NCBI RefSeq assembly: GCF_000485595.1
Contig: NW_014577078.1
Location: 214,427 to 278,426 of the forward strand
Source: Priapulus caudatus
Lineage: Eukaryota
Length of the DNA: 64,000 bases
Direction of reading: 5' to 3'
Numbering within the stretch: position 1 is the stretch's first letter; each line of letters starts with the position of its first letter. The notes below the pieces were generated by a model. The model ran no database searches. It was not told the DNA's origin and was given only the letters and a program-made list of their open reading frames with translations. Of this stretch, positions 60,701-64,000 are shown piece by piece. The translations under genes were made by a program, and so were the position numbers.

Positions 60701-63700
60701 GCTTTCTATGCTACGATAATCGGTTGGATCCACTGCGGTTCACAAGATTTGCGCTTATTCATCACTTGTATCAGGGCATTAAAGGACTAGCTATGCGTTC
60801 AGACCTCAGAACAATCGAATGTGTTATTGTGGATAAAGAGGACCTCTGTTGTGGTCCGACTGCACTGGGAGGAGGGAGCAACCAAGATTACGTCAGAGGG
60901 CAGCTCGCGCGCCTGATAGCGCTCACACAGGGAGGCGTAACACCGAAGTGAACGGCTTTTAGCAATCTAATATAAGTGTATAAGGCGATAGGTAAAGAGA
61001 AGGTTGGATGTGGAGATCTGTTCTCTCGTGTGTCTTAGTGTGTTATGTGGCTGTAGCAACTGTTACTATAGTTTGCTTTCGTGAGAATTTGCCAGCCACA
61101 TTACTACCACTAGTATGCATATAACCAGTGCAAGCGTAGTGACGCTACGTATACGTGTTGGTTGGCGCCAGAGATTGTGTATAGCGTAGCAATTTGTTGA
61201 CAAGGCTCGCCGAACGACATCGATACGCACACCGTAATTACTACAACTTCAAGCGTCCAGAGCTAGTGATTATCTAAGTCAGTGTACCATAACACTAAAG
61301 ATCCCGCTGTTGCTGCATCTGTACAAACCAATGTTTGAAGTCGCCAGATATGGCACAGCTAGTACGTGTCCTCAGCTAGCTCTGGTGTATGTCTGGCGTG
61401 CGTAGATTTAGCCGATTGTAAATAACCGCTGCCAGCTTAGGTCGCGCCAGCACAACTCGCTTATTACTGCAGTGCCAGTTCTGCGGAAGAAGTAAAGTCG
61501 TCAGCAAACAACAACATGTCAAGTTTTCCGGCACATCCATGTGAAGCGGGAGATAACGCTAAACAGGGACTGGCGCCAGCGGCAGGTGCACAATTCGGCT
61601 TCGTAGATTCAGAGACATTCCGGAGATGCAAAGGCGTGAAGGAAACTCGCGCGGAGATTTCCACAAAATGATGCGAATGTGTCCTGATTGTTCAGGCTGC
61701 GGTTTAGGCACCACGCAAGAACGGCCCACTGCTTATTGAAATCAATGCGGCTGCAGTCTTCTGCGTACGTATTGTTCATATTATTATTTTATTGAAAACT
61801 GACATACGTTTTTACGTCTACGCTCGCGATATCTAGAGTCGAGATATTGAGCTCTATATCTATAGCCCTACTGAGGTTCGAGTATAGCGCTCAGCACGCT
61901 GCGCAGTTTATCCGAACGCGGGCATATAGTACTAGAGCTAGTCCAGTGATACTGATATGAATACGTGGAATTAGGAGCCTATGGTACGCTTCTAGTGATA
62001 ATATAATTGATGTTGATGCTATATCTCATTATCGGACATTAGTACAAAGACCCGCGACGGTAGACAGTATAGGGTATCCCTGTACATTAGTGGAGTAGCT
62101 TGCCCATTCACTGCCGATGATATCCGACGTACTGCACAGCACCTTATCTAATATCCCCAATGCGGAGCAGCGAGCGTGTGAGAGAGTTTAGGACACACAA
62201 TTTCAGCGAATGTCAGCATATCAATGAAAAGTTTTTGATTCTCAATAACATATATGCAACATCCCCGTATCATCTAACTTTGTTGTACTAACGCTCCCTG
62301 TATATGTTCACTGTGCGATGATATTAGACAGCGTTAGGAGAGTAAATCCGTCCGCACCAGTAAAAATTAACACGTTCCACAGTACAATGCCCGCGGTTAA
62401 TGGCCGTGGCAAGTTCATGGCAATGCCGCCTACCTGATTAGCGAACAAATTCTAAACACAAATCGCCGCATTTTTCTAACGTAGTGCGGAACTGTTAATT
62501 TTTCACAAATGGAATATATGAGCTAATTATCGCTGTAAAACAGGATGACGTTCAACCAAAGACGCCGGAGACAACGCATTCCAAACTAAGAACGTAGTAT
62601 CACATGATTTTATATATTGAAAACATTCAATTTTTATCTAAGAAAAGGTCCGACTTTTGATTAAAGTCGTTGTGAAATTAGTGTGTCCTACCTTCCACAC
62701 CTTCGTGCCCTCGCCATTGGGGGAATTTAGATATAGGTGGCCTGTGAGCGTACCGTACGTACTATCGTAAATAGCTACGACTAGACGCTCACTGAGCTCC
62801 GTGCCTCCACGCGCGTGGATCTCTGTGCCAAACTAGCTCCGTGGCGCTACCTTTGTGTAAATATTCATGTACTATACGTCCTATTTTGGAGAACTTCTTT
62901 TCATGATGAATGCAGATGGGCGATTAACTGTTATATGTCCGGTAAAGTGTAGACGCGAATAACTGCTCTGTCCCATAAACCATTTTATTTTTGTGAGGGT
63001 TATTTGGTACATAAATGTAATCGCATCCAAAATGTAATAAAGGTTATTATGCGGACAGAAATTATCTCGTCTTAGGTAAAGTGGTGATATTCTATCGAAA
63101 ATATTTCTTCAGTTCTCTTCTGGGCTTGTCATGTAAATAAAAAAAGCGATACATCTGAATATGAATCGGTGATGAACTATTGCGGTAGTCGGGAAAACAT
63201 TCGGGCAATAAGGTCAAATATCGGCAGCATAGAAGTATCGGTCAGTGTGCCAAAATATCCACACCATTACTTTGAAAATATGTGTGTTTGAGTAAACATT
63301 TTTGAACAACACTATTTTCCTTGCAGAGCTGCACCCAGCGATATCGCTGGTCGTCAAATGAGACGGTTGACGAGGAAGTATTCGCATTTGATGGCAACTG
63401 CAACGGACATGCTCACGTCATTTGGCAGCAACCCTGTTGTCCCGCAGCGGATTGGAGGCAGTGATACCCCCCGGACACTGCCGCAAAATTCCTCACATAG
63501 CACAATGGCATGTCGGACATCAACATGCTCCTGATGTAGAAATTGTGGATGTGCAGGAGGCATTCTCGCGAGAGCCCTAACATTGCAAATCATGGAATGA
63601 AAGGGCGTTTTAGATTTCGCTGAAGGAGAAGAGCTACGGCATAAGTGGAGTCGTCGCGAGAACCACACTCCGCAAGTAACGCTCTATTTGCGTAAGTCTT

Positions 63701-64000
63701 TTTCGGTTAGCATGGAAAACCACGATTGTACAATTACTTACCAAAATCTGCAATCATTGCGCTAATATAGTAATTGTTTTGTTTTTTATAGCACAAGACC
63801 TATTACACTTCTGGGAAGTAGGATTAAGAAATTATGCTAGAGTGTGCGCGATATTACGCGGTGTTATCTTGACAGCGCTGTACGTGCGCCGTGGTTATCC
63901 GGTATTTTAGCATATTTTTAGCGAACAAATGACATGAATCAATTTCATTCTTTCCTGCACAGCCTTTAGTAAATAGATTCTATGTCGCTTTCGGGTCATT

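Overview
Eukaryotic genomic DNA, most likely from an invertebrate animal: GT-AG introns, abundant microsatellites, four assembly gaps (7782-8743, 39278-39287, 41174-41183, 59348-59372) and patches of indel-rich consensus. Three host genes are recognisable: an intronless TSSK-like Ser/Thr kinase with atypical motifs (minus, 8835-10070), a multi-exon TMEM87 gene (plus, 26274-46454, 18 exons traced by hand, a few probably lost in a gap) and TBCC (plus, 56427-59053, exon 2 frameshifted, probably by sequencing error). The rest is dominated by transposable elements. These include L2, CR1 and RTE LINE fragments; pogo-like, Academ-like and hAT transposase relics; a multi-level nested insertion stack resolved by target-site duplications (TSDs); and a Kolobok-type element carrying a P2X7-ballast/KolX-like Cys-rich ORF. 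Also present are several long foldback elements beside exons, a family of 30-47 bp hairpin micro-MITEs with 7-bp TSDs, Helitron/Helentron-type elements and an LTR with a tRNA-His primer-binding site. No rRNA, tRNA gene or CRISPR array was seen, and I found no convincing wholly new multi-gene system. The most novel-looking signals are in the mobile elements and the atypical kinase. Family assignments rest on motif recall, not database searches.
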